A stretch of 37,837 bases of DNA, from positions 1 to 37,837 of the IMG/VR virus record IMGVR_UViG_3300021086_000012; one strand, given 5' to 3'. Source of the DNA: a virus. Lineage: Duplodnaviria > Caudoviricetes. Both the position numbers and the translations under genes were made by a program. The notes under the pieces are model-generated. The model made no database searches, was not told the origin of the DNA, and saw nothing but the letters and a program-made list of their open reading frames with translations. Each line of letters starts with the position of its first letter. Within the stretch, counting starts at the first letter, position 1. Shown piece by piece: positions 25,716 through 35,650 of this stretch.

Positions 25716-26312
25716 TCAGACGCCGGTCTGGTCGGTGACGCGCACCGGGGCGACCGAGCCGCTGACGTAGTACGCCTTGAACGTGCAGGCGAACACCTGC
25801 TGCTTGTCCTTGGCGTATGTGATAGCGATGTTGCCGACCTGCTGGGCCCGCGGGATGTAGACCCGGCGCCGCGGGTTGGCGATCGGAGTGGGAGTGGTGA
25901 CCGGCGGCGCGAACCCGTCCAGCAGCAGCGAGATCTTGGGCGTCTGCGTGGCGGTCCGGTCGTAGGTCGGGTGGAAGCTCAGCGAATTGGTGCCGGCGCT
26001 CTCCAGCGTGCAGTTCATCGACGTGGCCAGGTTGGCCAGCGTGCCCTCGGCCAGATTGGCGACCACCTGGATGACCCGGCTGGTGAGCCGCTCTTCCACG
26101 ATGTCGACCACCTGATCGAACATAAGCTCGGTGAACTTGGGCTGGTACTGGAAGTCCACACCGCCGTTGGTGCCGCCGAGGTCGAACCACGCGGATGCCT
26201 GCGGGGCGGCGTTGATCAGCGGGTCGGTCGGAGCGGCGGTGATCGTGCCGAGCGCGCCCGCGTAGATGTCGCACGGGCCCATCAGCGCGTTGCCCACATT
26301 GCCTACAGCCAT
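25716..26312 (-). CDS. Major tail (tube) protein
   Basis: G.C.IY.G, WFDLGGTNGGV, DQ, LAEGTLANL; position and strong RBS. Confidence 0.85.
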   Translation of the reverse strand: MAVGNVGNALMGPCDIYAGALGTITAAPTDPLINAAPQASAWFDLGGTNGGVDFQYQPKFTELMFDQVVDIVEERLTSRVIQVVANLAEGTLANLATSMNCTLESAGTNSLSFHPTYDRTATQTPKISLLLDGFAPPVTTPTPIANPRRRVYIPRAQQVGNIAITYAKDKQQVFACTFKAYYVSGSVAPVRVTDQTGV

Positions 26313-26349
26313 GTTGCTTTCCTTTCGTTGCGGGCCGGCGCTCGGCCAG

Positions 26350-26841
26350 CTACGGGTACAGCGTCCAATCGATCATGACTTCGCACTGGAATCGTGCGAG
26401 CCCGGTAGCGTCGGAATCGGGGAACCGGCGCGGCCGGGTGATCCCGTTGACGGTCCGCACGTGCGCGCGAACGTACGCCGCTGGGAGCGTGGGGGAGATC
26501 GAGCAGCCAGCCCGCGCCTTGGTGGCCGCGTAGGCGCGCTCGCACAGCAGTGAGGCGACGCCGTAGGGCGGCTTCACCGAGTCGGCCTTGGCGGCGTAGG
26601 CGTCCACCTGGAACACGTCCTGGTAGATCTCCAGCTCGTCGGGGTGCGCGAGCGCCGATACCGAGGTCAGCTCCAGGAACCCGCCGTCAGTCACCCATGG
26701 GCTGACCGTCACCGAGCCGCCCGGCTGGATCACCGAGCGGGGCGGCAGGATCTGGCCCACCCGCGAGCTGTCCAGGCCGAGCAGCTGCCGCAGCCACGCG
26801 GACAGCACCAGATACGAGTCGGGGAGCTGGGTTCCGGTCAT
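26350..26841 (-). CDS. Tail terminator
   Basis: Position before tail tube; QVDAYA, ARF.CEV motifs. Confidence 0.7.
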   Translation of the reverse strand: MTGTQLPDSYLVLSAWLRQLLGLDSSRVGQILPPRSVIQPGGSVTVSPWVTDGGFLELTSVSALAHPDELEIYQDVFQVDAYAAKADSVKPPYGVASLLCERAYAATKARAGCSISPTLPAAYVRAHVRTVNGITRPRRFPDSDATGLARFQCEVMIDWTLYP

Positions 26842-27143
26842 GACAAGTCCCGCGGGCGGTAGGCGGCGGGCCGCAGGTACGGCTGGGCCGGCACGCGCCT
26901 GCCGGTGTCGTGGCCCCATGCCACGAGCCGGTGACCGAACTCAACCGGCGCGGCGTAATCGGTGTCAGCCCGCACCTGGCTGCCGTCGGCGTTGGCGCTG
27001 ATCTCGGACTTCAGCAGCCCGGTGTCTACGGGGGCGAGCCGAACGGCGTCCTTGGCCACGGCGGCGGCGAACTTCAGAAGCAGCTCGGCGCGGTAGTCGT
27101 CGATGCGCTGCTGGAACTCGGGGCTCCACTCGACATCGCTCAC
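26838..27143 (-). CDS. HK97 gp10-like neck protein
   Basis: APVDTGLLKSEI, YAAPVEFG, AQPYLRPA. Confidence 0.85.
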   Translation of the reverse strand: MSDVEWSPEFQQRIDDYRAELLLKFAAAVAKDAVRLAPVDTGLLKSEISANADGSQVRADTDYAAPVEFGHRLVAWGHDTGRRVPAQPYLRPAAYRPRDLS

Positions 27144-27192
27144 CGTGGCCCCCTTCCCGAGGGTCGTGTCCACACCGGCGTTCTCGGCCGGG

Positions 27193-27546
27193 TTACTGCA
27201 CTGCTGACGCCGAGGCCACCACGTCTGTGCGGCCGCCGACAGCGCTCGGGTTGCTGGTCACATCGCTCACTGAGTAGACCCGCCCAGCTGCGTCGCGGAT
27301 CCTGTCGTAGGGCTGGATGTTGGCGCCGGGCCGGAACCGCACCACGTAGCGGGTGACGGTCAGGTACCGGTTGGCCTGCGGATCCCACACCCGCGACTGC
27401 TTGGACCGCAGTGACACCGGCACGTTCACCATGCCGGTCACCTCGGTCACGTCGTCGACAGGGTCGCCGTAGTCAGCGGTCACCGTGCTGACCGGGGTGC
27501 GGAGCACGGTGACGCTGGCGTTGGGCAGGAACGCCGAGAGGCTCAT
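27193..27546 (-). CDS. Head-to-tail stopper
   Basis: VTVLR...DYGDPV, DRI.D..GRVY.V; position. Confidence 0.7.
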   Translation of the reverse strand: MSLSAFLPNASVTVLRTPVSTVTADYGDPVDDVTEVTGMVNVPVSLRSKQSRVWDPQANRYLTVTRYVVRFRPGANIQPYDRIRDAAGRVYSVSDVTSNPSAVGGRTDVVASASAVQ

Positions 27547-28052
27547 GCGAGCCCCCCGGGTCCGGCCGTCTGCCAATCAGGCGGGTTGTACTGATCCCGC
27601 AGGAAGGCCTGCTCGATCTGCTGCCAGTTCGAGTACCGCTGGCCGCCCTGGTCACGGCTCATGCGGATGCGGCCGGCCCGGAACCACGACAGCTTCTTGA
27701 TCGACATCCACGCGAACGGGGCCAGCTTGTTGGCCTGCCCATGCGCGAAAGTGACCGCCTGCCCATCCTGGCTGACGTTGGTGACATCGACGTTGTCGAA
27801 GTTGTCGAGCCGATCCGTCATCCATGCCGCCTGGTAGGCCAGCGCGTCCTGGAGCCACCGCAGATCGCGGGGCCAGATGACCGGCGGCAGCGCGTCCGCG
27901 AAGCACTCGGTGTAGTTCTCGATCACCATCTGCGCGCGGACCATGGTGGCGTCGTCCACCGTCTTGCCGGTCATCAGGCTGACCTGTGCGATATCGCACC
28001 AACACGGGGTGGCAGCGCCACCCACGGTGTAGGTGGTCATCGCGCGGGTCAT
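27543..28052 (-). CDS. Head-to-tail adaptor
   Basis: L.DA.AYQAAW, VSQDG, LAP.A..SIKKL; position. Confidence 0.7.
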   Translation of the reverse strand: MTRAMTTYTVGGAATPCWCDIAQVSLMTGKTVDDATMVRAQMVIENYTECFADALPPVIWPRDLRWLQDALAYQAAWMTDRLDNFDNVDVTNVSQDGQAVTFAHGQANKLAPFAWMSIKKLSWFRAGRIRMSRDQGGQRYSNWQQIEQAFLRDQYNPPDWQTAGPGGLA

Positions 28053-28054
28053 GG

Positions 28055-28168
28055 TCAGTCGCCCCAAACTTCGTCTTCGGTGTGCAGGACATGCGGATCT
28101 GGAATCCTGGCAGCGGCCTTGATCTCCGGAGTCACCCAGACGTCTTCCGACGGCCCCAACTCATCCAT
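28055..28168 (-). CDS. 37-aa acidic micro-protein (MDELGPSEDVWVTPEIK...EDEVWGD)
   Basis: Fills the gap between flanking genes almost exactly; GAGG RBS; not in ORF track. Confidence 0.55.
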   Translation of the reverse strand: MDELGPSEDVWVTPEIKAAARIPDPHVLHTEDEVWGD

Positions 28169-28171
28169 GGA

Positions 28172-28531
28172 TCAGCCCTCATCAGCGGCGTCGACGACGC
28201 GGTTCTCCCGCACCGGCACCGACACGATGACCCGCGCCACCTTGCCGTCTTCGCTAGTCTGGGTGACCACGTCGTGGCTGGTGTCGGTGGCGACGTACCC
28301 GCTGTTGACCGCGTGCAGCCGCACGTTGCCGGCGCAGTCGGCCAGCTGCGTGTCGTCCAGCGGGACTCCGCCGGACACCGTGAAAGTCACGTAGAACCGG
28401 CCGTCGTGAAAGCCGTACCGGGGTCGCTCGCTGCCATCCGCAGCGGTGAACGTGCCCTCGGCCGCCACATCGTCCGTGTTCACTTCGCTGGCCACCTGAT
28501 CGCCGATCGGGGTGTCGGTGGTGTCCGCCAT
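28172..28531 (-). CDS. Acidic hypothetical protein downstream of capsid
   Basis: GAGGAG RBS, ATG 28531. Confidence 0.75.
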   Translation of the reverse strand: MADTTDTPIGDQVASEVNTDDVAAEGTFTAADGSERPRYGFHDGRFYVTFTVSGGVPLDDTQLADCAGNVRLHAVNSGYVATDTSHDVVTQTSEDGKVARVIVSVPVRENRVVDAADEG

Positions 28532-28551
28532 GATCACTCCTCTTGTGGATA

Positions 28552-28592
28552 CCGGTGACCCCGCCCGCGCACACGGATAGCGGGGCCACCGG
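28552..28592 (-). terminator. Hairpin after major capsid gene
   Basis: CCGGTGACCCCGC...GCGGGGCCACCGG. Confidence 0.7.
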
Positions 28593-28604
28593 AAGTGTGA
28601 CTGG

Positions 28605-29546
28605 TCAGGCTTCCATCCGCACGAGGGATCCGGCCGCGCCGTCACCGGTGCGGTACGCGGTGCGCTGGCGGACCTTCAAGTACGCGGTGTCGGACAGCGC
28701 GCCGATGCCGATGCGCGGGTCCGTGTACATCCACTCCAGATCCAATCGACGGCCGAAGACCAGCATGGCCCGCGGCACGAAGAACAGGAAGGGCTTGGCC
28801 GCGCCAAGGGTGGCAGTGACGGCGGTGGCCGTGGTGGTGGACGCCGCGGCCCTGGTCCAGTAGACGGGCCGGTTGAACACCGTGCCGGCGGTCTCGTCCC
28901 ACATCGGCACACCGACGAAACCGTTCATCGGCGCGTTGCGCATGAACTGCTTGTACGCCGGGTTCGCGACACAGACGATGTCGTCGGACGACCATGGGCT
29001 CTGCTCGGCATAGGCCAGCGCGCCGTTGATCGCCGCGCGCTGCTGGTCCAGAGTGCCTGCCCGGCTGAAGATGCCCACCTGGCCAGTCAGGTTGCTGGTC
29101 AGGATGGCCTGCGGGAGCGAGGTGTACGGCCGGGTCATGGTGGGCTCGGCGGTCTCCACACCGCTGACGCCGAACACCGAGTTGTCCAGCAGCCGCGCGA
29201 GCGCCGAAACGCCGGAACGCTGCTTGGTGGCGAACACGTTGACGAAGTTCGCGGCGTCCTGGATGTCTTCGTCGTCGAACTGGGCCGCACCGGTCAGCTT
29301 CTTGGCTTCCAACAGGATCTGGTCACCCGGCTCGGCGTCCAGGCCGTAGGTGGCGCCCTTCGCGGTGAACTGGACGTCGAAATCGCTGTCCTTGGGCACG
29401 TGCTTCAACCGGGTCGTCATGGTCTCGAACCGGCCGCCGTCCGACGTCGCGATCTGGATCGCGGCGGACTTGTTCTTGTACAGCTCCACGAGGGGGCTGG
29501 ACGACCAGTCCTCTGGGATCCACTCGCCAACATCGACGGACGCCAT
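28605..29546 (-). CDS. Major capsid protein (HK97 fold)
   Basis: WIPEDW start, LEAKKL, ALARLLDNSVFG, GTVFNRPV; follows scaffold; strong RBS. Confidence 0.88.
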   Translation of the reverse strand: MASVDVGEWIPEDWSSSPLVELYKNKSAAIQIATSDGGRFETMTTRLKHVPKDSDFDVQFTAKGATYGLDAEPGDQILLEAKKLTGAAQFDDEDIQDAANFVNVFATKQRSGVSALARLLDNSVFGVSGVETAEPTMTRPYTSLPQAILTSNLTGQVGIFSRAGTLDQQRAAINGALAYAEQSPWSSDDIVCVANPAYKQFMRNAPMNGFVGVPMWDETAGTVFNRPVYWTRAAASTTTATAVTATLGAAKPFLFFVPRAMLVFGRRLDLEWMYTDPRIGIGALSDTAYLKVRQRTAYRTGDGAAGSLVRMEA

Positions 29547-29641
29547 GGGAGGCACCTTTCCTTCACAAGGGGCTGCTCAATTCGCCTCACCTCGCGGTGC
29601 CCCGGCGCGGCCGGTCGTCCGGGTGCTCACACCCTGCACGC

Positions 29642-29671
29642 AGTGTAAGCACCCGGCGCAACGCGATGCAA
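29642..29671 (-). promoter_or_regulatory. Capsid promoter with TGCA-N6-TGCG site
   Basis: TTGCAT-N18-TACACT on minus strand. Confidence 0.6.
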
Positions 29672-29677
29672 TCGGCG

Positions 29678-30364
29678 CTACTTGCCGAAGATCTTCTGAG
29701 CGAGCAGCTCGGCCGAGGTGAGCGCCTGCCCGCCGCTACCGGTGCCGGCCGACGCGCTCGGGCCGCCGAGGCGACGCTGGTGGCTCTTCACCGACGTGGT
29801 GCTCTTGTCGGAACTGCTGTCGTCGCCCGATCCGAACAGACCCGGCCAGGACGCCTTCACCTCGTCGATGGCGGCGTCCATGGCAGCGCTGTCGTCGGCG
29901 GACACGCCATCCAACTCCAGCAGCTTCACCGCGCGGCGCACGGCCACCGTGCGCTTGTCGGCCGGCAGCTTCAGCCCCGCGGCCACCAGCGCGGTAACGG
30001 CGGCGGTCTGCACAGCGGCCGCTTCCTGCTTGGTCTTGTACTCCGCCTCGATCTCGGCCCGCAGCTTGGCCGCGTCCACCGGCGCCGGCTCGTTCTGCGG
30101 CTGGCCGCCGGCGGCCGGGCTGCCCGGCTTGGGCGGGATCGCCGCAGGCGTGGCCTTGGTGGCCGAGGCCAGCTTCAGCCGGATGTTCTTGGCCGAGTTG
30201 TTGGCCTTACTGAGCTTGCCCTCCAGAGCGCGCTGCTCGGCGTAGGTCAGCGGCTTCCAGTCAGCGGGCGGCGCGTCGGTGTCCTTGTCCAGGGCGTCGA
30301 CGTCGCCGAGCAGCGCCTCGATGGCGGCATCGTCCAGGCCAGCGGCCGGGTCGGGTGCGGTCAT
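29678..30364 (-). CDS. Capsid scaffolding protein
   Basis: Helical, KAN..AK..RL, AIDEVKASWPGLF; GGAAGGA RBS; TACAGT -10 at 30400-30405. Confidence 0.8.
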   Translation of the reverse strand: MTAPDPAAGLDDAAIEALLGDVDALDKDTDAPPADWKPLTYAEQRALEGKLSKANNSAKNIRLKLASATKATPAAIPPKPGSPAAGGQPQNEPAPVDAAKLRAEIEAEYKTKQEAAAVQTAAVTALVAAGLKLPADKRTVAVRRAVKLLELDGVSADDSAAMDAAIDEVKASWPGLFGSGDDSSSDKSTTSVKSHQRRLGGPSASAGTGSGGQALTSAELLAQKIFGK

Positions 30365-30407
30365 GATGTGGTCCTTCCGGAGTGGGCCGAACAGTGTTCA
30401 CTGTATG

Positions 30408-31514
30408 TCACGGCACGTCGGGCACGGGGCCACCGAACGTGCCGGGTTCCTTGATCGCGATCTCGCCGCGGTGCTTGACGCTCTCGGGCAGCTTCACGCC
30501 CTTGCGCAACAGCTTCTCCGCCGCCGACCGCCGCGCCTGGCCGGACTCGCTGTCGGTGCGCCAGCCGTACACGATGGACCGATCAGACTCGCGCTTGAGG
30601 GCCCTCACCAGTCCACCACCGGTCTCGCTGTCGTGGAGCTCGCACCGGCACCGGCAGTGGTTGTGTCGGGGTGGGTGCTTCAGCACGGCGGCGTTTGGCC
30701 AAACCGCCGGCACGGCGGCCAGCGCGCCGTAGGTGGCGTTGACATCGAACGTGTCGCCCGGCGACACCACGTCGCCATTGAGCTTGAGGCACACCACGCA
30801 GGCGTCCCGTTCGCTCACCCAGATCACGTCCAGTCCGCGACGGCGGGCAGTCTCGGTGACGGCCTGCTGGTTGGCATTGAGCAGGTGCCACTGCACCGCG
30901 TTCTCAATCCTGGACTGAATCTTGCCGGCGCGGGCTATCGACACCTGCACCTGCGTAAAACCCTTTTCTGTGAGCGCGCCCGCGTTGACCAGTTCCTTGG
31001 CCTGCTCCAGCTCGGTGCGCACAGCGTCGACGATGCGGTTCCGCTCGCGCTCGCGGATCAGCTTCTCGGCCTCGGGCACGCGTTGCTCGAACATCTCCGC
31101 CTTGACCAGCTGGTGATGGACGACCGCGGGCAGGTCCATCGACACCGCCGGGGTGAGCCCCCCGACCCGGCGCGACGCGTCCGCCTGGCGCAGCCCGAGC
31201 ACGTAGGCGGCCCGCGCGCCGTCGCCCACCGGCCGCAGAGCCGCGGGCACGTCGTCGGCCACCTGGTCCAGCACCGCGGACACCAGCTCAGTGATCGAGC
31301 GCGCCTGATCGGCCGTCGACGGCGTGGCCCGAGTGCTGCCGAACAGCGCCACCCATGCTCGGGTGGTGTTGGTGAGCAGCCCCCGCAACCGGGCCAGCAG
31401 CGCGCCGGTGATCAGCCCCGTGACCGCGGTCTCGATCGAGAGCAATGCCGCATCGTGGGCCCAACTCTGCTGCTGGATCGGCAACGGCTGCGCCGGCGGC
31501 TGCGGCGTGGTCAC
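30408..31514 (-). CDS. MuF-like head morphogenesis / minor capsid protein
   Basis: WVSERDACVVC..LNG and PPRHNHCRC motifs; after portal. Confidence 0.85.
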   Translation of the reverse strand: MTTPQPPAQPLPIQQQSWAHDAALLSIETAVTGLITGALLARLRGLLTNTTRAWVALFGSTRATPSTADQARSITELVSAVLDQVADDVPAALRPVGDGARAAYVLGLRQADASRRVGGLTPAVSMDLPAVVHHQLVKAEMFEQRVPEAEKLIRERERNRIVDAVRTELEQAKELVNAGALTEKGFTQVQVSIARAGKIQSRIENAVQWHLLNANQQAVTETARRRGLDVIWVSERDACVVCLKLNGDVVSPGDTFDVNATYGALAAVPAVWPNAAVLKHPPRHNHCRCRCELHDSETGGGLVRALKRESDRSIVYGWRTDSESGQARRSAAEKLLRKGVKLPESVKHRGEIAIKEPGTFGGPVPDVP

Positions 31515-33142
31515 GCGACGCCGCCGACCGGAGGCTCAGGCGGCGTCGGAGCGGGCGCGGGAGCCGGGCCGACGGGCGGCACCACGGGCAGGGGATCGTC
31601 GTCGCTGATGACGCCCTGGAGCACGAACTGGAGCACCGCGTTGACGATCTCGGGCGACACCACGCCGAGCTGCTGGGCGCCGCCGAGGCCTTGGAGCGCC
31701 GTCCCGATCTTGTTGACCAGGTCGACCCTGGTCTCCAGGTTGGTGAGCTCGGTGCCCTTGCTCCACTCTTCGACCTTCTGGGGTAGGTAGCCCATCTCCA
31801 CGAGGGTCTCGTCCTGCGGCACCCCGGCGGACTGCTTGGCGATAGCGGTGTTGGCTGACTGCACGTCGTCGGTGAGCTGGGCCTCGGACCAGGTGACCGA
31901 CACCTCGGCGCCCGCGGTGCCGAGCAGCGCCAGCGCGAACTCGTACAGGTCGGTGAGCTCGGCCCCGAACAGCCGCTGGTACGCCTCAACGATCTTGACC
32001 AGCGGCCGGTCCCGCTCCTGCTGGGCCACGCCCGAGGCGTCCGCGCGGGACTGGTTGTGGCTGTACACGTTCTTTCCCGAGACAGTGTTGACCAGCTCCA
32101 GCGCCAGCCGGATCGGCTCGGTGAAATTGGCCACGTCGGCCGGCGGCAAGCTGACCAGGGCATCGGTGTCGTGCAGCGTGACGATGTCGCCCGGATTGCT
32201 CTTGATGTTGGATCCGCGCTGTCGGCTGTTGAGCTGGCTACCCGCCGGCACGTTCTGCTGGTCGTCCCACCCGGTCGACGCCGAGCGATCGCCGAGCGTG
32301 CCCGCCTTGCTCAACGCCGCCCGCAGGGGCCAGCCGTAGCCCTCGGTGGCGGCGGCCATGGTGGCTATTTCCTTGGTCAGCAGGTTCTGCGCGCCATAGA
32401 CGTCTTCCAGCTCGCTGATCCCGTAGGGCGTGGCGGTGCGGAAGTGGAAGACCGGCGCCCGACCGTAGTCATGGGTCTCGGTCCACGCATAGGGGTCGTC
32501 TGCGTCCGGGGTGAAGGGCATGTAGTCCTTGGCCTCACAGGACGTCTTGCCCTGCTCGGGCTTGCGCCCGATGTACTGCTCGTTCCGATCCGGGTAGAAC
32601 AAGATGACCCGGCGCCGCTTGTCAGGCTGGAGCCACGTCAGCCCGGTGTACAGCGCCCGGTCCTCGTTCTCGGGATCGTAGAACGTCCGCATGTTCTCGG
32701 GGCTGCGGAGCACGATCTCGACGCCGCTGCCGTCCGGGGCGGGCCACACCGTGGCGTACATGTCCCCGAGCGACACCGCTCGGCGGAACAGGTCCGGCTG
32801 CTTGATGTCCATCCGGTTGGTTTTCATCACGCCGTTGAGCGTCTCCGACGTGGCGTCGTCGACGTCGACGCTGGTGATCTCCAATCGATCGGTGACCGCG
32901 GCCACCACGCGCTTGCCGATGCTCACGCCGTATTCGGACGCGCCGGTCTGCCGCAGCGCCACCTTCAGGTTGGGGCTGGCGAACACCTCGTGCTGCGTGC
33001 CTCGCCAGTACTTGTACGCCTTCTGGTACCCGGCGGCGTGCCGGGTGATCTCGCCAACGGCCTGCTCCAGGTCCCGATCAGACGGACTGGCGTACGCGGC
33101 CGCGCTCGGACCGGTGTCCGCGAACGTGACGGGCTGTGACAT
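31511..33142 (-). CDS. Portal protein (SPP1 gp6-like)
   Basis: YW.G.Q, G..YATVW, HDYG.APVFHF, GISEL, ASGVA motifs; after terminase. Confidence 0.9.
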   Translation of the reverse strand: MSQPVTFADTGPSAAAYASPSDRDLEQAVGEITRHAAGYQKAYKYWRGTQHEVFASPNLKVALRQTGASEYGVSIGKRVVAAVTDRLEITSVDVDDATSETLNGVMKTNRMDIKQPDLFRRAVSLGDMYATVWPAPDGSGVEIVLRSPENMRTFYDPENEDRALYTGLTWLQPDKRRRVILFYPDRNEQYIGRKPEQGKTSCEAKDYMPFTPDADDPYAWTETHDYGRAPVFHFRTATPYGISELEDVYGAQNLLTKEIATMAAATEGYGWPLRAALSKAGTLGDRSASTGWDDQQNVPAGSQLNSRQRGSNIKSNPGDIVTLHDTDALVSLPPADVANFTEPIRLALELVNTVSGKNVYSHNQSRADASGVAQQERDRPLVKIVEAYQRLFGAELTDLYEFALALLGTAGAEVSVTWSEAQLTDDVQSANTAIAKQSAGVPQDETLVEMGYLPQKVEEWSKGTELTNLETRVDLVNKIGTALQGLGGAQQLGVVSPEIVNAVLQFVLQGVISDDDPLPVVPPVGPAPAPAPTPPEPPVGGVA

Positions 33143-33153
33143 CGTGGTGCCTC

Positions 33154-34725
33154 TCAGAGATAGCTGGCGACCGAGGCCACCACGGGTCGGCGGGGTTGCG
33201 CGGCCACGGTGGCCACGATGGTGATGGTCTCGGGCTCCAACAGCACGCGGACCAGGTGGCTGACCGCGTCCACCTGGTCATCGTTGACGGTCTTGGGGAA
33301 GCCGAGCATCTCCGTCTCAGCGCTGGCGAACCGCTGCTCATGCAGCACGCGAGTGGGCCGCGCCTCATAATGGTTGAGCGCCATGGCCGCGCGGACTTCC
33401 TTCTTCTCCTTCGCGTGCATGAGGTCGACGCGGATGGGGAAGTCGGCGAACGCGTCCAGCCACAGCGAGTGCCCCTGATTGGACTCCACAAACACGCGGG
33501 TGACGCCGAACCGCTCGGCCTGACGCAGCGCGAAGTCTCGCAGCGCGCGCCCGGTCAGCTTCACCCGGATGATCTCCCGGACCAGCACGAGCGGGTGGCC
33601 GTCGCCCGCCGGCGCCGGCCGCAGCCAGCCGATCGCCAGCGCCGACCAGTCCGAGCTTTTGCCGTCGGACACCGCGGGGTCGACGACCATGGCCTTGCGG
33701 GTGAAGGCACGCAGGTCCTCGGGCGCGGGCGACCAGTGGGTGATGGTGTCCTTGGTCCAGTACAGGCCGTCGGCGCTCACCGGCTCGTTCTGGAAATTCA
33801 TGGCGAACGACCGCGTGTGCTCGATCGAGGTCAGGTACTCCAGCGTCCAGCGCGCTGGCCATGTGCTGCGACGCTCACCATCCGCCTCGGTGGCCAGCGC
33901 CGGGTAATGGTGGACCTTGATCCGCTCATCGGTGACCCATGGTTCGCAGGGCCCCGACTCGATGACCGAACGCACGAGGTCGTGGATGACCGAGCCGGGC
34001 ATGGTGACGGTGCCCGCGAAGGTGACCACGGCCGAAGTGTTCATCGGGAACACGGCCTGCGTGATGGTGGCCAGTCGGCTCGCCTTCTGCGCCGGACTGT
34101 AGTTGGCCTCATCGGGCTCGATGTCGTCGAACAGGATGCAGTCGGGCCGTTGGCTGCCGACCTTCGCGCCGAGCGCCGAAGAGTCGATGCCCTTGGCCAT
34201 GAACACCGCGTCGTTGGCCCGCACGGTCAGGCTCTGGTCGTCAGCCACGGTCCGGCCGTCCGGGCGCAGGCTCGGGGAGCAGAACGCGGGGAAGTCGAAC
34301 CGGAGCAGCTCATTGGTGTCGAGTTCCATCTTCAGCGACTTCAGGTGGGTCTCGGCCTGCGTGGCGGTGTCGGCGAACGCAGCCACGTACTTGCGGTGGC
34401 CGTGCGCCAGCGCCCACGCGGGCAGGATGAGGAACAGCCACGTCGACTTGCCCGAGCCACGCGCCGCGATCCACGCGCGCCGGTTTTCCATCGGGCCGGT
34501 CTTGTCCATCCACGTCTTGGCGTGCTCGGCCAGGTCCAGATGGAAGTCGGAGAAACTGATCTCGTGTCCGGTCTCTTCGGATTCCAGGTGGCTGCCGAAG
34601 TAGGTCAATCCAAACAACAACGGGTCCCGCTTGGTCTGCCGGATACGGGCCGCCGAATAGGTGATAGCGTCTTTGGGGTAACGCTTCCGGACGTAGTCAC
34701 CCCAGTTGAAGTCAGCCGCCCGCAT
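33154..34725 (-). CDS. terL: Terminase large subunit
   Basis: Walker A AARGSGKST, RPDCILFDDIE, VVDPA, DDQVDA nuclease motifs. Confidence 0.95.
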   Translation of the reverse strand: MRAADFNWGDYVRKRYPKDAITYSAARIRQTKRDPLLFGLTYFGSHLESEETGHEISFSDFHLDLAEHAKTWMDKTGPMENRRAWIAARGSGKSTWLFLILPAWALAHGHRKYVAAFADTATQAETHLKSLKMELDTNELLRFDFPAFCSPSLRPDGRTVADDQSLTVRANDAVFMAKGIDSSALGAKVGSQRPDCILFDDIEPDEANYSPAQKASRLATITQAVFPMNTSAVVTFAGTVTMPGSVIHDLVRSVIESGPCEPWVTDERIKVHHYPALATEADGERRSTWPARWTLEYLTSIEHTRSFAMNFQNEPVSADGLYWTKDTITHWSPAPEDLRAFTRKAMVVDPAVSDGKSSDWSALAIGWLRPAPAGDGHPLVLVREIIRVKLTGRALRDFALRQAERFGVTRVFVESNQGHSLWLDAFADFPIRVDLMHAKEKKEVRAAMALNHYEARPTRVLHEQRFASAETEMLGFPKTVNDDQVDAVSHLVRVLLEPETITIVATVAAQPRRPVVASVASYL

Positions 34726-35218
34726 CCGGATCGACCAGCTTCCGCAGGTGCGCCGGCAGCTCGGGCGCGGTGATGGTGACGTCGGCCGCGGTTCGGCGCG
34801 GCGCGTCGGCGCCGACGAGATCGGACCGGCGTTTCTGAATGGCCACGCGCAACTTGATCATGTCCAGAATAGGGCCCACATCGACGATCGGGTGCACGGT
34901 GCCGTCGTTGTCCACCCACATAGCCGGAATGCCCGCTGGAGTCACCTTGACATACTTGCCCTGCTCCAGCTTGTCCAGGACAACGTCCATCTGGTCGAGC
35001 TCACCGAGCATGACCTTGCGCAGCTCAGCGGGTGACTCTTCGGGGTTGTCCTTGTGGTACCGGGCGACGGCAGACCGCACCGCGCCGATGGACCCGTAGC
35101 CGGCCCCGTCAGCCGTGTCCTGCCAGCCGAACCCCTCGGCACGCAGCGCAGCGGCACGAGCGCGCTTGGCCGCGCTCTCCGGTGTCACCTTGCGTCCGCC
35201 GCCGCGCCTTGTGGCCAT
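34712..35218 (-). CDS. terS: Terminase small subunit
   Basis: N-terminal HTH (LRAEG.GWQ.TAD..GY), RRSDLVGADAP; upstream of TerL. Confidence 0.8.
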   Translation of the reverse strand: MATRRGGGRKVTPESAAKRARAAALRAEGFGWQDTADGAGYGSIGAVRSAVARYHKDNPEESPAELRKVMLGELDQMDVVLDKLEQGKYVKVTPAGIPAMWVDNDGTVHPIVDVGPILDMIKLRVAIQKRRSDLVGADAPRRTAADVTITAPELPAHLRKLVDPDAGG

Positions 35219-35234
35219 GTTGCAAACTGTAGCA
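35219..35234 (-). promoter_or_regulatory. Probable leaderless late promoter for terminase
   Basis: TGC-TACAGT 7 nt before ATG, no SD; TGCA-N6-AGCA site. Confidence 0.6.
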
Positions 35235-35273
35235 AGAGTCCGACGTCAAGGTCACGCTTAGCACAGGCTCACT

Positions 35274-35552
35274 TTACTTTTTGTTGGGTTTCGCCCGCGC
35301 CGCGGCCTTGGCCGCCTCCCATTGAGCGACCGCCGCGGCTGCCTTGGCGCGTGTGCCCGCCTTCACCTTGCCCTGCCCGCGAGCCCATCGTTGCGCCGTG
35401 CCGATGGCCAGCTGAATGGCCTGGCTCTTGGGGTGACCGGACCGGATCAGCGCGTGGGCGATCTCGCGGATGTAGGGCGGCAGCGCGAGACCCGGGGTCC
35501 GAAACAGGGCCCCGGGTCCAAGCGGCGAACGATCGTGCGCGCCTGCTGCCAT
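35274..35552 (-). CDS. Basic hypothetical protein
   Basis: GAGGT RBS; LPPYIREIAHALIR.G...SQAI..A.....RWA. Confidence 0.75.
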   Translation of the reverse strand: MAAGAHDRSPLGPGALFRTPGLALPPYIREIAHALIRSGHPKSQAIQLAIGTAQRWARGQGKVKAGTRAKAAAAVAQWEAAKAAARAKPNKK

Positions 35553-35566
35553 TCCGGCAGGCTACC

Positions 35567-35650
35567 TCACTTGGTGAGGACCTTCACCAGCCACCGGACG
35601 ATCGGGTGACCCGGTTCCTTGGGCGGCTTGGGCTTGTCGTGCTTGGCCAT
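35567..35650 (-). CDS. 27-aa micro-protein (MAKHDKPKPPKEPGHPIVRWLVKVLTK)
   Basis: TGATG coupling; GC3-biased codons; not in ORF track. Confidence 0.6.
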   Translation of the reverse strand: MAKHDKPKPPKEPGHPIVRWLVKVLTK

